A stretch of DNA of 64,000 bases from Octopus vulgaris (GCA_951406725.2 OX597828.1:52948001-53012000), one strand, 5' to 3'; positions 1 to 13,572 are shown, counted from the first letter of the stretch. Notes: a model not told the origin generated them from the letters alone. Translations and numbers: made by a program.

Positions 1-31
<31 letters not shown>

Positions 32-491
32 ATGTTTATATATACATACAGTAATGTGCTCAAGCTCAGTTATTCAAGTTTCGGTCCCATTGCATCATAT
101 GATAAACACGCATTTTTATTATAATCTCGAACGGATATAGAAGTTGTAAGTGAAATTAATTGATAGCAAAGTGTGGAGATGCCCTTCCAATGGATCGTAC
201 AGATTATATACACAAGTAGTCAAGCAGATTCTGCTTAGAAATTGCATTAGCGGTACACTGATATGCGGCACGCTAAACCACTTTATACATTAATTCAATG
301 AATAAATCCTTCATCGAAAGAACTGGACAGTCACATGTCAAATTAGACCAAGGTTTTCATCATCCCCATCACCGTAAATATCTGTTGTATGTGCGTGTGC
401 ATAAATAAACAAAGACACACACACACATACACATAATATATTCCATCAAAAACTTTCACGGTGTGTCAAATTAATATATTCACTGTGTAAA

Positions 492-723
492 GCGGCGAGC
501 TGGCAGAAACGTTAGCACGCCGGGCGAAATGCGTAACTGTATTTCGTCTGCCGTTACGTTCTGAGTTCAAATTCCACCGAGGTCGACTTTGCCTTTCCTC
601 CTTTCGGGGTCGATAAATTAAGTACCAGTTACGCACTGGAGTCGATATAATCGACTTAATCCGTTTGTCTGTCCCTGTTTGTCCCCTCTGTGTTTAGCCC
701 CTTGTGGGCAATAAAGAAATAAG
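492..723 (+). mobile_element. tRNA-derived SINE, family A (tail type i), followed by a head-truncated second copy to ~840
   Basis: A-box-like TGGCAGAAACGTT, B-box GAGTTCAAATTCC, central GGTCGACTTTGCCTTTC..CCTTTCGGGGTCGATAAATTAAGTACCAG, A-rich end; many near-identical copies in the window. Confidence 0.9.
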
Positions 724-844
724 AATCGTTAGCTTGCCGGGTAAAATGCTTGGCATTATATTCGTCTTTACGTTCTGAGTTCAAATTCCACCGAGATCGA
801 TTTCGCTTTTCATCGCTTCGTAATCGATAAAATAAGTTTGTCAT

Positions 845-1035
845 CAGACTGCAGCCATATTGGAGCACAACGTTTAGTCGAACAAATCGACCCCCAGGAC
901 GTATTCTTTGTAAGCTTGGTACTTATTCTATCGGACTTTTTTGCTGAACTGCTAGATAACGGGGACGCAAACACACCATCATCGGTTGTCAAGTGATGGA
1001 GGGTGGACAAACAGACATAAAGACACACACACACA
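845..1035 (-). mobile_element. SINE family B, 3' half
   Basis: Reverse complement matches the 3' half of full copies at 51898-52369 and 60538-60953. Confidence 0.8.
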
Positions 1036-1053
1036 CTATATATATATATATAT

Positions 1054-1096
<43 letters not shown>

Positions 1097-1098
<2 letters not shown>

Positions 1099-2088
1099 AA
1101 GCAGCCTGATCAAGCATCTCAAATGTGGCGAGAAGTATCACCTGGAGAGATTGCTATTGAAAATTGGGAAACGTCTGCATGAGTCTCATGAAAAGGGGAG
1201 AGCAAAAAAAAGAAGCTTGGGTTATAGAAATTATCAAGTCAATCCCTAAAGCTTTCTTTAAGTTTACGAAAGAAACAGCCTCAGTACGCCACAAGATAGG
1301 ACTCCTCTTCCAAAAAGATGGCTCCCTCACAGGAAACCCCATGAGGGTAAGTGAAATACTGAACGAACGGTTCCAAAGTTTGTTCACTCCCATTTTGGAA
1401 CAGGGGCAAGTGAACAAACCAGTGGAATTTTTAGCCACATTATCTAAAACCAAAGAGGTTTTAAAATTGTGTACATAAACCATAGATGAGGTTGACACAA
1501 ACTCAGCAGCTGGCCCGGATGGGTTTCCAGCAGTCCTACTCAAATCATGCAAGTGAGCTCTTACAAAACCATTGCAGCTTTCTCTTCCAGAGCTTCCTTG
1601 CAAGTGGTAAGCTCCCAGACAAACTGAAGGAAGGGATAATATGCCCTATCCATAAGGGAGGAAGCAGAGCAGATGCTAAAAATTATAGGCCTGTCTTCCT
1701 GACCTCAGACATCATTAAAGTCATGAAATGATTAGTCCGCAAGAAACTAATCACGTTCCTAGAAGAAAATGACTTGCTGACTGACACCCAGCATGGATTT
1801 TGTCCAGGTAGAAGCCGTCTGACACAGCTCCTGCAACACTACGACTGGTTGTTGAAACAGCTACTGAATGACTCAAGCGTGGATGTGTTATATTTCGACT
1901 TTGTAAAAGCCTTTGATAAAGTTGACCATGGCATGATATGTCACAAACTGCGCGATCTCGGCTTATGCGGAAAACTTGGAGAATGGCTGCACAACTTTCT
2001 AAAATATAGACGTCAGGCAGAAGTGGCATTGTCTTGGGACCACTGCTGTTCATAGTGGCCCTCTCAGATATGCCCTCGGCTGCTCAGC
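1097..2088 (+). mobile_element. Decayed CR1/L2-clade LINE ORF2 reverse transcriptase fragment
   Basis: Across stops and frameshifts: GPDGFPAVLLK, GKLPDKLKEGIICPIHKGGSRADAKNYRPVFLTS, QHGFCPGRSRLTQLL, VDVLYFDFVKAFDKVDHG, LGPLLF, which are non-LTR RT motifs. Confidence 0.93.
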
Positions 2089-2387
2089 TATGTATATATG
2101 TATATGTATATATGTATATGAATATATGCACCTGTATGTATATGTATATATGCATGTATATACATATATATATATGTGTGTGTATATAGATGTATATGTA
2201 TGTATATATGTGTGTGTGTGTGTAGGTACGTCTCTGTTTGTATCGTGTGTGTGTGTTCTAATCTATTAAAATACTTTAAACGCAACACACAATCATGTGC
2301 GTATAGAATAAAAATTCAAAACAATTACAATTTTATACACACCTTAAATCTGTACACAACCCAACACTGCTACCCCTATACACACAT

Positions 2388-2463
<76 letters not shown>

Positions 2464-2554
2464 AGTCATGTACGTATGCATAAGTAGAAAATGGGAAATG
2501 CAAGTAAACGTATAGGGGTAGGTGCGTGCAGTTGTACACATATTTATGTAAATA

Positions 2555-2777
2555 CAGCAATCCCTCGCCATACCAGGGTACATCTATCGCACACTCAGTA
2601 CGTCGCCGTTCACCTATCGGTTACTCAGTACATCGCGAATTTTTCTGGCTAAGTTTATATCACGGAATCCTCAGTATAACGTGGGTTTCTGCGGCCGATA
2701 GGTATTTATATATTTTTGGATTTTAATTATTTCTGTAGGAGGTTTTGGAACGTAACACCTGCGATAGTCGAGGGATA

Positions 2778-2783
<6 letters not shown>
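2555..2783. mobile_element. Non-autonomous Tc1/mariner-pogo-type MITE
   Basis: Imperfect TIRs CAGCAATCCCTCGCCATA ... GATAGTCGAGGGATAACTCTG, preceded by TA; non-coding interior. Confidence 0.6.
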
Positions 2784-2829
<46 letters not shown>

Positions 2830-3296
2830 GTGTGTGTGAATAAACTGTCCTTAACATACCACTGTACATCTGAGGATATAGAGGCCTTCATTTCTTCATT
2901 AAGCTTTTTAAAATTCTTACAAGGGCAGTTTCTGTTGAGGCCTAAATTTGTTATTTGTTCATATACACACATCTGTGCATGTATATATGCCTCTGTGTGT
3001 GTCTATGCACTATACGTAATATAAACAATATATATACATACACTATATGTAATATCTATGCAGTATATATATATACACATATATACTGTTTATAATATGT
3101 GCATATGCATATTATGTATGTGTTTATATATAATATAATATTACATATATTTGTAATAAAATAGTAATATATATATATATATATATTATATGTAGAAAAA
3201 TACAAACTGGGACAAGAACGCAAAACATTTAGAAGACGATACAAAAAACACGGATGGGACATTTGAAGCCTTCAAATCTTCAGTCAAGAACCGATA

Positions 3297-3328
<32 letters not shown>

Positions 3329-3420
3329 CTATATTATATACACATATGGGCGTGTGTGAGACGAGGGTGGTAAAGTAACTGATAGTAACTTTTCACATGC
3401 AGCATTTTTCTGTGTGTACG

Positions 3421-3461
<41 letters not shown>

Positions 3462-3861
3462 GCACATATGCATCAAACATACATATGTACTACACGCGCG
3501 CGTGTACAGAGACATCGATATAGACACCAACACACTGGCACCTATGCTCACAATGATTTCTGCATACGGAGAGGAAAAAAAAGAATTTAACACGCACGTG
3601 TTCTTCTCATCAACACTCATTCATACATGCTCTTTGTCACACACGCATACACACACACGCACTCACACACGCACACACTAATTTCTACGCACATGTTCAC
3701 TCACTCGCAGCTGTTAGGTACCTCTCTATTTGCTGATATTCCCACAATTTCGTCACTTCTCCAGCTTTCCTTACGTAAACTCAACGGTCGATCTAGGTGC
3801 ACGTTTCCTTCTCTCTGTTTATCTATCTATCTACCTATCTATCTATCAAGCTATCTGTCTG

Positions 3862-3928
<67 letters not shown>

Positions 3929-3975
3929 GTTTATTTATCTGTCTGTCTGTCTACCTATGTATCTATTTATCTATT

Positions 3976-4195
3976 TGGCAGAAACGTTAGCACGCCGGGC
4001 GAGATGCGTAGCCGTATTTCGTCTGCTGTTACGTTCTGAGTTCAAATTCCGCCGAGGTCGACTTTGCTTTTCATCCTTTCGGGGTCGATAAATAAAGTAC
4101 CAGTTTCGCACTGGGGTCGATGTAATCGACTTAATCCTTTTTTCTGTCCTTGTTTGTCCATTCTATGTTTAGCCCCTTGTGGGCAATAAAGAAAT
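3976..4195 (+). mobile_element. SINE family A (tail i) inserted in a (TATC)n tract
   Basis: Near-identical to 492-723. Confidence 0.9.
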
Positions 4196-4238
4196 ATATC
4201 TATCTGTCTACTTATCTATCTGTCTGTCTACCTATGTG

Positions 4239-4310
<72 letters not shown>

Positions 4311-4519
4311 CCTTCCAGGCAGGCATGTAGGTATGCAGGTAGGTGTGTAGATATCGGTCTATGCTCTGTAGCTATCTCTATAGATATATATCTTTGTTTC
4401 TTCTTCTCCGCCAACTTCTCTTCTTCTTACTTTCCACTTCTTCATCTTCCCTCCCCTCCTCCTCCTTTTCTCATTCAACTCCTCCTTATTCTTCTTCTTC
4501 AAGCGATGTTGCGGGTCAA

Positions 4520-4572
<53 letters not shown>

Positions 4573-4664
4573 AAGAGAAAGTTTACGAAAATAAACAAAA
4601 GACGAAGGCAGGTGATGTACAAACAAACAGATGTATTAGTATAGCGCTCAGGAATAGAAAAAGT

Positions 4665-4700
4665 ATTTTACGTTTCGGGCCTACGCTCTTCGACAGAAAG
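4665..4700 (-). ncRNA. Degenerate minimal hammerhead-like motif inside a ~190 bp insert (4572-4759) in (TA)n
   Basis: Minus strand CTTT-CTGTCGA-A-GAGC-GTAG-GCCC-GAAACGT-A-AAAT; core deviates at position 6. Confidence 0.45.
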
Positions 4701-4756
4701 GTACACAGAAAAAACAAGGCGAGAAAAAATGTGTGTAGTAGCTAACGATCTATCAT

Positions 4757-4806
<50 letters not shown>

Positions 4807-5250
4807 TGTTTAATAAGTATGTACGCGACTAAATGCATTGAGAAATTCATCAGTTTAATGTTAAACTGTTTTATATATATATAACTTGACATAAAACCAA
4901 ACATCAATACACAAAATTAATTTTTTTCTGCGGTGCCCCAGCATGACCGCAATCGAATGACTGAAGCGAATAAAAGAATATTGCTCATGGCATGTTAGTC
5001 AATCGTCGAAGAAACTAAGAAACTGTAATTCCTCATCTTTAATTCAAGAATAGTGCTTCAATAGTTAATCGCTACTTAAATTAAGAACAAAGATTAACTT
5101 TTACTTTCGGCGGCGGCTTGTTTAAATAATGAATAAAATATTTATGCACAGCAAAGCATGTATTAGAGAACTGAAAACAAAATAATTCTTATTTACATTA
5201 TTTACATTATTTACATTCGACGGATATTTGTCCTCATCTTGTTTTTTGTG

Positions 5251-5296
5251 AACAGAACGTTTCGGCTGATATACCCTCCAGTCTTCATCAGGTGTC
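5251..5296 (-). ncRNA. Minimal type I hammerhead ribozyme motif (Penelope-type)
   Basis: Minus strand ACAC-CTGATGA-A-GACTG-(GAGGGTATAT)-CAGCC-GAAACGT-T-CTGT: canonical core, 5-bp stem II with one mismatch, palindromic ACGT stem III. Confidence 0.65.
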
Positions 5297-5394
5297 TTGG
5301 GGGAAATTTCAAACCTGGGTTCTCATTCCTAAGATATTTTCGATGTTATTATTTCTATTATAGAGAAAATATAATTAAGGAAAATAACTGTTTG

Positions 5395-5437
<43 letters not shown>

Positions 5438-6125
5438 CGCGCGTGTAGAGGGAGAGAGAGGGAGGGAAAAAGGAAGAGAGGGAGAGAGAAAAATGTTGGA
5501 TTCTTGCGAACTGAACTGTTCAGCAAGAACTGTGTCCGATTGAATATAAATGACTTAAAACAATTACAGGGATCGTTTTGAGTGACTAAACCCTCCAAAG
5601 ATTTGATCCAAGATGGCCGTGGTTCGACGATTGAAACCAATTTAAAACACACACACACACACGTGCGCAGACACTTAACTATGCACAAACGTGCACGCAC
5701 AAACACACACACTAAATATATATATATTCTTAGAACCCCCTTGGAGTCAATATTCTGTCCAGCAGACCAAGAAAAAAAATTTCTTTCCTTCTTCTTCCCT
5801 CTCCCTTCCCCTCTTTCTCTTTAGCACTCACCTCAGATACAAACACACACACACACACATACACATACACACATGTTCTCTCTCTCACTTTCTCCTCATC
5901 CACCTCACCCTCTTGTACTGTCTTATATTCCTCCCCACCACTACGAAACTCTATAAAATGATTAAAATTCCCCACAAAGGAACTTATTTTGATTTGAAAA
6001 CCCCACTAGAATGGGAGAAAGCGCTAATGATCTGAATGATATGATATATATGTAAAAAATGTAATATATAAATAAATATCTGTAAATATAAACCATCCGA
6101 TCTTCTGATTACCTCATGTCTTCTA

Positions 6126-6193
<68 letters not shown>

Positions 6194-6276
6194 ATGTATT
6201 TCATTAATTTGAACGTTAATCCTAACACATTTTTTCTCTCTCCGTCTTTTTTTTTTTTTTTTTTTCACTTTCAATG

Positions 6277-6312
6277 CTTTCTATCGAAGAGCGTAGATTC
6301 GAAACGTCAAAG
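6277..6312 (+). ncRNA. Degenerate minimal hammerhead-like motif, same family as 4665-4700
   Basis: CTTT-CTATCGA-A-GAGC-GTAG-ATTC-GAAACGT-C-AAAG; stem I CTTT/AAAG and GUC site intact, core mutated. Confidence 0.45.
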
Positions 6313-6446
6313 ACCTTTCCATTTTTCCCGAGCGTTAAACTAATACTCCTGCTTGTTTTTCCTTCACGTGGCATCGTCTTTTGTTTTCTCTAAATTTGAA
6401 CTATATATATATATATATATATATATAATAACGGATGGTTTGTGGT

Positions 6447-6504
6447 TCACTACAGCTGTTTCAGATGTTTTTTTTTTTGATGATTACAGGTTTTACATCA
6501 GGCA
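6447..6504 (-). ncRNA. Degenerate hammerhead-like motif with long stem II region
   Basis: Minus strand GC-CTGATGT...CATCT-GAAACAGCTGT-A-GT; palindromic ACAGCTGT stem III; insert 6430-6575 lies between (TA)n tracts. Confidence 0.45.
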
Positions 6505-6566
6505 CAAGAAAACGCTTTCAATCTTCGTGTCTTCATTATTTAATTACCAGGCTCACTCGAATCCTG

Positions 6567-6629
<63 letters not shown>

Positions 6630-7119
6630 CATGCATGCATGTATGTATGTATCGTTGCCATTATGTAAAATTGTCGTAAGTCCAAAACGTTGCTTTTTCA
6701 GAAAACGAAAAAATAGTTTCACCATTCCATTACTGTTTACATTAACAATAGTTTCAGCTTAACAATAATACTTTGTTGGGCGCATAAAAGCGTAACTATA
6801 TGCATGTATGATATTTTTAGTCAGAAATACTTTTGCAAAACTGTCCTATGTGGGACTTACTACACTTTTGAAAATGCTAAATAGTTGCACCACACTTTGA
6901 CAATCTTCATATCTTAGCGTCTGAAGCAGCTGGAGATACGATAGTTTGAGCAAAAGAACCGGCTATTGCAAGCAAAATTAAATACTGAAAAAAAAAAAAA
7001 AAACACCCGCATATGGCCAAATTTGGATATATGACAGTTTAGCAAAATAGCAACGATATATATATATATGCTTGATAGCATTCCATCTGAGGAAGCATCC
7101 ACACACAGCTATTGCTGAA

Positions 7120-7159
<40 letters not shown>

Positions 7160-7165
7160 ATGTAT

Positions 7166-7498
7166 AGGCGCAAGCTTGGCTGTGTGGTAAGAAGTTTCCC
7201 AACCATATGGTTCCGTGTTCAGTCCCACTGCGTGGCAACTTGTGTAGGTATCTTCTGCTATTGCCTCGCGCCGACCAAAGCTTTGTGAGTGGGTTTGGTA
7301 GGTGGAAACTGAAAGAAGCCCCATCGTATATATGTATGTGTTTGTGTATCTGTGTTTGTCCCCCACCATCGTTTACAACTGATGTTGGTGTGTTTACGTC
7401 CCCGTAACTTAACGGTTCGGCCAAAGAGACCGATAAAATAATCCTGTGGGGCGATTTGATCGACAAAAGGACTGAAACACGTAAATGAGTAAAAGAAC
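7166..7498 (+). mobile_element. tRNA-derived SINE family B
   Basis: GGCGCA..TGGCTGTGTGGTAAG A-box region, GTTCAGTCCC B-box, internal (TA/TG)n, 3' part shortened. Confidence 0.85.
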
Positions 7499-7517
7499 AT
7501 ATAAATGTGTGTGTGTA

Positions 7518-7568
<51 letters not shown>

Positions 7569-7609
7569 CTCTTTCCTATGCTAGACACAATATCTTAAAA
7601 TCTATATTA

Positions 7610-7828
7610 AGGCGGTGAGCTGGCAGAATCGTTAGCACGTCGGGCGAAATGCGTAGCCGTATTTCGTCTGTCACTACGTTCCGAGTTCAAATCCCGCCGA
7701 GGTCGACTTTGCCTTTCATCCTTTCGGCGTCGATAAATTAAGTACCAGTTACGCACTGGGGTCGATATAATCGACTTAATCCCTTTGTCTGTCCTTGTTT
7801 GTCCCCTCTTGTGGGTAGTAAAGAAAAA
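7610..7828 (+). mobile_element. SINE family A with apparent TSD TTAAAATCTATA
   Basis: Matches family A; TTAAAATCTATA on both flanks. Confidence 0.9.
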
Positions 7829-7925
7829 TATTTTAAAATCTATAGATGGAAAAGAAACAAACTGGATGTTGTGATGTTGATTGCCTGATAAATGTAAAGC
7901 TAAACAATTGTGAGTGTCTGTGTGT

Positions 7926-7962
<37 letters not shown>

Positions 7963-8656
7963 ATATTTGTATAATATTCGGCCATGTACATAGCTCTGCG
8001 TGATTCCCAAATTCTATCATTCACATTTTTCCTCTGCAGTCGTCATCTTCCCTCCTCCTTCTACTCTACCACCCCCTTTACACTTCTTATATCTCTAGAT
8101 TTCTGTGTATACCTTGCCTTCCTTTCTCTCGCTCCCACAACCTTTCCTATTACCTTCTTCCCTCCTGCTTTCCCTCTCTCTCCCCTTCTCTCTCTCTTTC
8201 TCTATTTATCTTACTCTCATGTCCCTCACCTCTTCACTTTAACACTCCTACTCCGCCTCTTAATCCATTATTGACCAATCAGCGTCCAGTTCTTTCTCTG
8301 CAACAGACGACCGCACGGGCTTCATTTGCCGACTTAGCTTCTGTTATTTCTTCTGCCGTCAGTCTTTTTTTTTCATCTTCTCGTTCTTGTTATTCGAATT
8401 TGTTTCATTAGTATAATCTACCCCCCACCCCCTTTTATACCTGAATTTGTTCTTTATTACATTTTTGTGGTCTTTTGTTTATTTTTGTTGTTTTGTCTCG
8501 AGTTCCTTTCTTCCTTCCTTTTCTTTTTCTCTACTAAATTCCCGTCTTCCGGATATTCTGTGTGAGTCGATGTAATAAGTCTCTAAATTGCTAGACATAG
8601 CAGTCAAAATTCACATTCATTTCACACACTCTAAGAGAAAATAGAAACAGAAAAGG

Positions 8657-8688
<32 letters not shown>

Positions 8689-8802
8689 AGCCGAAATTGC
8701 GAGGATGATCCGGTTCTTGACTGAAAATTATCGTCTATTTGAATGTTTTGCGTTCTTGTCCCATTTTATATATTTTTTATACATACGTACACACACACAC
8801 AC

Positions 8803-8854
<52 letters not shown>

Positions 8855-9614
8855 ATAAAATAATACACGAATTGACAAAGGAAACTCTAAGCGGCCTCCT
8901 GACTTCCGAGAAATAGCAACCAAATTTCGTTTTGGGATTTGGTTTACAAGATTCTTTATATGAGTTCGTGTGTTGAAGCATATTCTGTTGTGTCTGGGGA
9001 GAGTCATTTTCTTTTTGTGCCTTATAATATAACACACTCACCGGTAAGATTTCCACTTATTTCTTATTTAAAAAAACAAAATAAGTGGAAATTTTACCGA
9101 TGAGTGTGTTATTATAAGGCACCAAAAGAGAATGACTCTCCCCAGACGCAACCAAATCTATTTTTCTTATCTCAGAAATCAACGCAGGAACATATATGCA
9201 ATCACTTAAACAGCAAAAATTAGCGGCCAAATTTCTTGCAGGACTAAACTAGAATTAAAACCGAAGATAACTGCAGCAACAACAAGCGAATGGGGGCACA
9301 CTTTTGGATAAAGTAGTTGCAGATACATTATGGCAAAATAATATCAACGACAAATGAGGAACTCAATGCCGTAGAGTATGGGCCTGCTTGATGAGCTACG
9401 ACAGGTTTGGGGCTAAACAAGAACAATATTGTGTAACCAAAAGCATCTCTTTCGACGGAACCCTGGGTCACAGACTGACTGGTGACGGGATTTATATTCG
9501 AGGATATCGATCTCAGCATATATTCTATAGCAGCACGGCTAAATAGTTTTGAAGTTCGCTTCGCAGTCCTAAGATCTTGGGTTCGATCCCAATGACTAGC
9601 CTCTTGAGCAAGTT

Positions 9615-9960
9615 TCTCTTTATTCTTTTACTCGCTTCAGTCATTTGACTGCAGTTATGCCGGAGCACCGCGTTAAAGGGCTTTAGTCGAAAAAAATCGC
9701 CCCCCCCCAGGACTTACTCTTGTAAGCCTTGTAACTTACTCAAACGTAAACACACCAACACCGGTTGTTCAAGCAATGAAGGGACGAACACAGACACAAA
9801 GACATACACATACGACAGGCTTCTTTCAGTTTCCGTCTACCAAAGCTTTGGTCGGCCCGAAGTTATAGTTGAAGATACTTACCCAAGGTTTCACGCAATG
9901 GGACTGAACCCGGAACCATGTGGTTGGGAAGCAAGTTTCTTACCACATAACCACGACTGC
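9615..9960 (-). mobile_element. SINE family B with internal deletions
   Basis: Reverse complement of family B sequence. Confidence 0.85.
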
Positions 9961-9961
9961 A

Positions 9962-10683
9962 CTCGATGTATTATCACACTGGAAGATTGCGTTACCATCA
10001 GGGGAAATTCTTTGTGCAAAGGATGTATATGTTCTACCAAACTAATAATAATAGTAATAATAATAATAATAATATTAATAGAACAATTAAAAGACCCATA
10101 GAATTCCGTAATACAGCTGCCCAAATTATCATAGAGTTATTGCTATGATTCTTGGTAGGTGCCAAACACCCAGAGATGAAGACTTCTTTGCCTCGAAGTT
10201 CGTAAAAGGACGGACGGTGATTCATTAGAGAATACGACATTATTCCATAGCACCTTTTAACCTCTCCTAATTATTCAGATAACATTTTTACCCGCTTATC
10301 AACATTGATGATGGGAAACAGGAGAGGTTTTGCAATTGCAGTCTTCCAATGGTATTCAGCTTTATGGAGTTCACGAAAATCGGTTGGCACACAGTTAGCA
10401 AGATGATGGTTTAGCTCAGCTATCATTTTTGCTGCAGAAGTTCGATGGATTTGGGATGCAACAAGTTAAACTCTTGTGCGATCCTTCTGCCTTCCTTCTT
10501 CTGTGACCCTTCTGCCTTTCACCCAATGCTAACCAAACTGTTTTCCTGTGGTTTTGGAATGCCAGTATGATTTTCGAAATTGTACCTCTCGAAACATAAA
10601 TCAATCCAGCAGTTTTAGTGCCTGAATCCCTTGTTATCCATGCTCCAATAATTTGTCCTCTGGAGATCAGATACGTCAAGCAT
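9962..10683 (-). mobile_element. Decayed Tc1-family transposase
   Basis: Frameshifted translation MLDVSDLQR/GQIIGAW..SGTKTAGLIYVSRGTISKI (paired-like HTH), RELHKAEY..AIAKPLL, VFSNES, SMIIWAA, GNAIFQCDN, matching Tc1 FSDES, VMVWG and FQQDNA motifs; interrupted by (AAT)n. Confidence 0.85.
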
Positions 10684-10867
10684 TTTAACCTATTTACATA
10701 TAAATAATTTAAAGAAAGAAAGAAAGAGAGAGAAGGAAAGAAAGAGAGTAGGAAAGAAAGAAGAAAGAAAGAAAGAAATTCATAGCGCATATGAACATAT
10801 GCACACAAACTAAAAACGGCTTTGAATTTCACATATTGCAAATATACACACATGCACCCAACATGTG

Positions 10868-10916
<49 letters not shown>

Positions 10917-10919
10917 ACA

Positions 10920-10950
<31 letters not shown>

Positions 10951-10992
10951 GCGTATAATCAGAAATCCTACATTTTCTGATTGTAGGAAATA

Positions 10993-11226
10993 AAGGCGGT
11001 AAGCTGGCAGAAACGTTAGCACGCCGGACGAAATGCTTAGCCGTATTTCGTCTGCTGTTACGTTCTGAGTTCAAATTCCGCCGAGGTCGACTTTGCCTTT
11101 CATCCTTCCGGGGTCGATTAAATAAGTACCAGTTACGCACTGGGGTCGATATAATCGACTTAATTCGTTTGTCTGTCCTTGTTTCTCCTCTCTGTGTTTA
11201 GCCCCTTTTGGGTAATAAAGAAATAA
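10993..11226 (+). mobile_element. SINE family A (tail i)
   Basis: Near-consensus copy; AGAAATCCTACATT occurs on both flanks. Confidence 0.9.
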
Positions 11227-11236
11227 GAAATCCTAC

Positions 11237-11271
<35 letters not shown>

Positions 11272-12670
11272 CTATAAACAGAAATCTTATATGGGAACTT
11301 ACTATTTAGTTGGAGAAAGATATCAATAACATTTAGCGGCAATTGTGAGCGACTCACTAAGAAAAGCAGACAAATTTAATGAGTGAAGTAATTATTTTAA
11401 ATTTCAATAAATTAGAAATTAATTACCATCTATTAACATAATTCAGAATAATCGGTTATAAGCGCATCAAAACATGCGACGAGGTTTCGATTCTCTGTTA
11501 CAGCTCTTTCTGTCATCGAATGATGGGGTCGGTGGTGTGCTTGGCATTTGTGATTGTTTTAAGTGGTTCGAATCGTTCTTCTGTCGATTTTAATTTTATC
11601 CGCCCCTCTCCCCGGTGGTTAATGATGTAAGAGTCGCTTTATTGATAATGGGTCGCCACAAGGCAGCTAACCGGCGTAGTCGTTAGCGCGCTGGGCAGAA
11701 AATGCTTAGCAGCATTTCATCCCTCTTGATGTTGAGCTCAAATTCCGCCTAGGTCGACATTGCATTTTATCCTTATATAATCAACTTATCCACATCTTCG
11801 ACTATATGTCGGCCTTGTGCCAAAATTTAAACTATACTAGATCACCATTATATCCTAAGTACCAAAACATTGAGCTGGAAGGATCGTTAGAAACGTTGGA
11901 CAAAATGCTTCGTGGTATTTCATTTGATTCTGCGCTCAAATGTCGTCGAAGTAAAATTTGCCTTTCATGCGTTCAAGCTCACTAAAATAAAGTAAAAGTC
12001 CAGCACTTGGGTCAATGTTATAGACCAAAACGCACCCTACTAAAACGGTGGTTTTGTACCTAAATTAGGAACACGTATCCAAATCTTAAGCTATGTTAAC
12101 ATTTGACTTTGCGAATTTTTTTTTTTTTTCAGTGTTAGAAATTGTAAGTAACGTTGTGGGTCAGCAGATCTCGTTAAACGTCGAGAAAAGGATTTGTGGC
12201 CTTTAGTTGTGGACACAACTGCAATCAAGAACAATTTCAAATTCCACCCTTATTGAGGTTGTCGTTGTTGTTAACCACCCCAGCTGGACCAACGTTGGTT
12301 GCTTCTATAAACTGAGATGCCTTGAGATCTTGAACATAAACAATAGGCTCATTCATGTACGAGATATCGGTTAGATCAGCCGTCACTCGCAGGCGAATAT
12401 GATCATATGTAGTATGTAGAATGCTTATACTAATATACTTTTGGCATCCATATAGTTGCGAGCACATAAAGACACCCTGTTGACCCAACAGCCCTTGACA
12501 CAACAGAAAATTGAGAATGAGAACCCTGGAAAAAGAGGGTTGCCCTACGATTCGGCTGTTACTCACTTTTAATAAAATAGATTGGTGTGATAGCAAGTGA
12601 TGTCCTAGACTCAGCGGCCCAATGTGCCACCCGGAACAGAAATGGATAGCAGGCACAACAACCAAATAAA

Positions 12671-12718
<48 letters not shown>

Positions 12719-12739
12719 CACACACATACACACACACAT

Positions 12740-12838
12740 ATATATATGTATGAGAGTGAGTTAATATATGTATTTGTGAATGTATACTTACATAAGAAAT
12801 TTAAATATATTTGTATGTATGTATGTATGTATATGTAT

Positions 12839-12888
<50 letters not shown>

Positions 12889-12955
12889 GCATGCATGTAT
12901 GTATGTGCATGCATGTATGTATGTGTATGCATGTATGTATGTGTATGTATGCATG

Positions 12956-12986
<31 letters not shown>

Positions 12987-13256
12987 ATATATATATGTAT
13001 GTGTGTATATGTATATGTATGTGTGTATATGTATGTATGTATATATATATGTATTATATATATATGTATGTAGATATGTATATATATGTATATGTATGTA
13101 TACATGTATGTATATATATATGTATATGTATGTATGTATATATATATATATGTATACACGTATGCATGTATGTATATGTATGTATACATGTATGCATGTA
13201 CATATATATGTATGCATGCATGTATACATGGATCTATGTATGTATATGTACGTATG

Positions 13257-13288
<32 letters not shown>

Positions 13289-13541
13289 TATATATAATAT
13301 CAATATGTATGTATATATTTGCACGTATGCATATATATATATATATATATATATATTCTTTTCATTTTTTCATTTTTTTCAGTCATTTGACTGCTGCGAT
13401 GCTGGAGCACAACCTTTAGTCGAACAAATCCACCCCAGGACTTATAAGACACCCAAGTCACGCAATGGGACTGAACCATGTGACTGGTAAACAAGCTACT
13501 TGCCACACACTGTTGCGCCTATAAAACACACACATATATAT

Positions 13542-13572
<31 letters not shown>

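Noticed and set aside
6907-6984. Poly-T/CAG acceptor followed by signal-peptide-like YLILLAIAGSFAQ on the minus strand
   Set aside because: It hits a stop after 25 codons with no consensus donor; insufficient support.
12237-12670. Unique-looking minus-strand open frame
   Set aside because: It starts in microsatellite, has no recognisable motif or splice-site pair, and may be an unrecognised repeat fragment.
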